In this document: positions 26,243-28,257 of the stretch, in pieces | How positions within the stretch are numbered: position 1 is the first letter of the stretch | Layout of the letters: each line of letters starts with the position of its first letter | IMG/VR virus record: IMGVR_UViG_3300020173_001379 | Location: 1-28,257 of that record | From: a virus | Lineage: Duplodnaviria > Caudoviricetes | DNA: 28,257 nucleotides | Strand: one strand, 5' to 3' | Translations under genes and position numbers: made by a program | The notes under the pieces: model-generated | What the model was told of the DNA's origin: nothing | Database searches by the model: none | What the model saw: only the letters and a program-made list of their open reading frames with translations

Positions 26243-26801
26243 CATCCTACTACTTTCAGCAACTCCATTAGAACATGGTAGAAAAACTATTGGTGAATAT
26301 CCAATACACTTTACTGGTGTAGGAAAGATATCCTCAGCATTAAGAACTACGGAACTAATAAAGGAACATCGTCCGCTATTGGTAATCAATTTCGGTTCTT
26401 GTGGTAATCTAAAGAATCACAAAGTTGGGGAGTTGTTAAGTGTAGGTATCGTTCATAACGATATTGATGCAAGACCTTTTGGTGAGTATGGTCAAACACC
26501 ATTTACTCCATTAAAAGAAATTGGATTAGATTCTAAATCAGATATCAAGTGTTTTACTACTGATATGATTTACGATAGTGGTAGAGGAGATTATCCAAGA
26601 AAGTACCAGGAAATGATTCGAGAATGTGATGTAGTGGATATGGAACTATATGCAATTGCACACGTTTGTAAATACTATTCTAAACCTCTCTTATCCTACA
26701 AATGGGTGAGTGATGATGGTAACCCTGATAAATGGGAAGAGAACGCAGCACTTGGGTTTGATAAATTTGAACAATATTTTAGAGAAAACTTTATAAAATA
26801 A
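26232..26801 (+). CDS. mtnN: MTA/SAH nucleosidase-like (PNP_UDP_1 family)
   Basis: TGVGKISSA, INFGSCG, VDMELYAIA and KWVSD motifs. Confidence 0.8.
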   Translation: MASNILLLSATPLEHGRKTIGEYPIHFTGVGKISSALRTTELIKEHRPLLVINFGSCGNLKNHKVGELLSVGIVHNDIDARPFGEYGQTPFTPLKEIGLDSKSDIKCFTTDMIYDSGRGDYPRKYQEMIRECDVVDMELYAIAHVCKYYSKPLLSYKWVSDDGNPDKWEENAALGFDKFEQYFRENFIK

Positions 26802-26805
26802 ACGT

Positions 26806-27750
26806 ATGTTTTTTGAACAATCAGAAGAACGAGTAAACAATTCACTTTGGGTAGAAAAATACAGACCTAAAGCATTAAAAGATTATGTAGGAAATGAACA
26901 TTTGAAAGCAAAGGTTCAGAACTACATTGAACAAAAAGATGTACCACACTTACTCTTTTATGGAAAAGCAGGTACAGGTAAAACTACCCTTGCAAAGTTG
27001 ATTGTAAATACACTCCAATGTGATTACATCATTATCAATGCATCGGATGAGAGAGGTGTTGATACAATCCGTAATAAGGTAAAATCATTTGCATCAACCG
27101 TAGGATTCTCAGGTATGAAAATCATCATCCTCGATGAGTTTGATTACATGACACCTGATGCACAAGCAATCCTTCGTAACTTAATGGAAACTTTTTCAAA
27201 ACATTGTCGATTTATTTTGACCTGTAATTATGTGGAAAAAGTAATTGACCCGATTCAATCTCGTTGTCAAACTTTCCAAATCATCCCTCCAACTAAGAAG
27301 GATGTTGCAGTACAAGTTTCTAAAATTCTAACTGCAGAAGAAATCTCATTTGAACCAAAAGGGTTGGTACCTATCATTGATGCATCATATCCTGATATTC
27401 GTAAGATTATCAATACTTGTCAATTGAACTCAATTAAAGGTGAGTTACAAGTAGATGTTCAGAACCTATTGGAAAATGATTACAAACAAAAGGTAATTGA
27501 TATTCTAAAATCAAACGATGATGGTAGAAACAAATATATGAATATCAGAAAGGCAATCGCAGATAGTAAGGCAACTGATTTTACTGATTTGTACACGATT
27601 ATGTATGAAAAGGTAGATGAGTATGCACCAAATAATACTGCTAATGTAATCCTTACACTTGCAGAAGGACAATATAGATGTGCGATGAGTGTGGATAAGG
27701 AAATTCCAACCGTAGCATCAATAATTCAAATTATAAATTTATTAAAATAA
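26806..27750 (+). CDS. Clamp loader AAA+ subunit (gp44/RFC small subunit-like)
   Basis: LWVEKYRP, GKAGTGKT, INASDERG, ILDEFD and IQSRC motifs. Confidence 0.95.
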   Translation: MFFEQSEERVNNSLWVEKYRPKALKDYVGNEHLKAKVQNYIEQKDVPHLLFYGKAGTGKTTLAKLIVNTLQCDYIIINASDERGVDTIRNKVKSFASTVGFSGMKIIILDEFDYMTPDAQAILRNLMETFSKHCRFILTCNYVEKVIDPIQSRCQTFQIIPPTKKDVAVQVSKILTAEEISFEPKGLVPIIDASYPDIRKIINTCQLNSIKGELQVDVQNLLENDYKQKVIDILKSNDDGRNKYMNIRKAIADSKATDFTDLYTIMYEKVDEYAPNNTANVILTLAEGQYRCAMSVDKEIPTVASIIQIINLLK

Positions 27751-28043
27751 TGGCAAAGATAGTAGGAATGGGTGGTGACCAAGGAGAACAAACCCAAGGT
27801 GGAAACACTAAAATCGATTTAGGAAAATCAAGACCCATCGTTTGTGGGGAATGTGGATATGATACATTTGTAGATGGTGCAAAGTTTCGTAGAATCTCTA
27901 AACTAATCACAGGAACACCTCAGGATGTTATCGTCCCAATTGATGTTTACCTTTGTGGTAATTGTGGTGAAATTGTTCAAGATTTACTTCCCGAACAATT
28001 AAAAGTACTAGAAGAATTAGATAAGAAAAGAAACGAAAAATAA
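27750..28043 (+). CDS. Small zinc-ribbon protein
   Basis: CGEC...CGNC pairs, with TAATG coupling on both sides. Confidence 0.75.
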   Translation: MAKIVGMGGDQGEQTQGGNTKIDLGKSRPIVCGECGYDTFVDGAKFRRISKLITGTPQDVIVPIDVYLCGNCGEIVQDLLPEQLKVLEELDKKRNEK

Positions 28044-28257
28044 TGGCAAAATCTCTATTTGACCATATCAAAGCAATCACAGGAGAACAAGACCCAAAGT
28101 ATTGGGAAAAGTTAGATGAGGGTGATAGAAAGACATGGAGTAACTACATGGTATTCCGTTTTCTTTCTATGAATACCGATTGGATTGACTTGATTGCAGA
28201 GATACAACCATACGTTCAGAAACTACCCCCTCAAACTCTTTATCGAACTTTGATTGA
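28043..28257 (+). CDS. Probable clamp loader small subunit (gp62-like), 5' part
   Basis: MAKSLFDHIKAIT...WSNYMVFRFLSM... resembles the gp62 N-terminal pattern (LFD..., YMxxRxLS). It runs off the window end. Confidence 0.65.
   Translation, partial: MAKSLFDHIKAITGEQDPKYWEKLDEGDRKTWSNYMVFRFLSMNTDWIDLIAEIQPYVQKLPPQTLYRTLI

Noticed and set aside
1-28257. Stop-codon reassignment as seen in some large phages
   Set aside because: Genes are full length in the standard code. TAG ends the exonuclease and helicase genes, and TGA ends genes at 6964 and 25748 with normal downstream coupling.

Overview
This is a 28 kb, AT-rich, gene-dense segment of a large dsDNA phage, with essentially all genes on the + strand. 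The host is probably a member of the Bacteroidota: eight TTTG-N19/20-TAnnTTTG-type promoters recur and Shine-Dalgarno sites are not evident. The window carries a T4-like replication and recombination core: gp32-like SSB, RecA/UvsX, 5'-3' exonuclease, DnaB/gp41 helicase, family B polymerase, sliding clamp and clamp loader. It also has the 3' end of a divergent family A polymerase, an endolysin, an Hc1/H1-like small protein, a class Id-type ribonucleotide reductase with an ATP cone on the beta subunit, and thioredoxin. The most notable content is a candidate DNA base-modification system interleaved with the replisome. It comprises a divergent thymidylate-synthase-fold enzyme with the dCMP-type Asp determinant, a glutamine-dependent asparagine-synthetase-like amidotransferase, a fold-type II PLP enzyme, and three paralogous SPPY amino-methyltransferase-like proteins. 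An APRT and an MTA/SAH nucleosidase nearby could recycle SAM by-products. A degenerate GHKL-like protein abuts two of the methyltransferases. All functional calls come from reading motifs by eye, and no searches were run.
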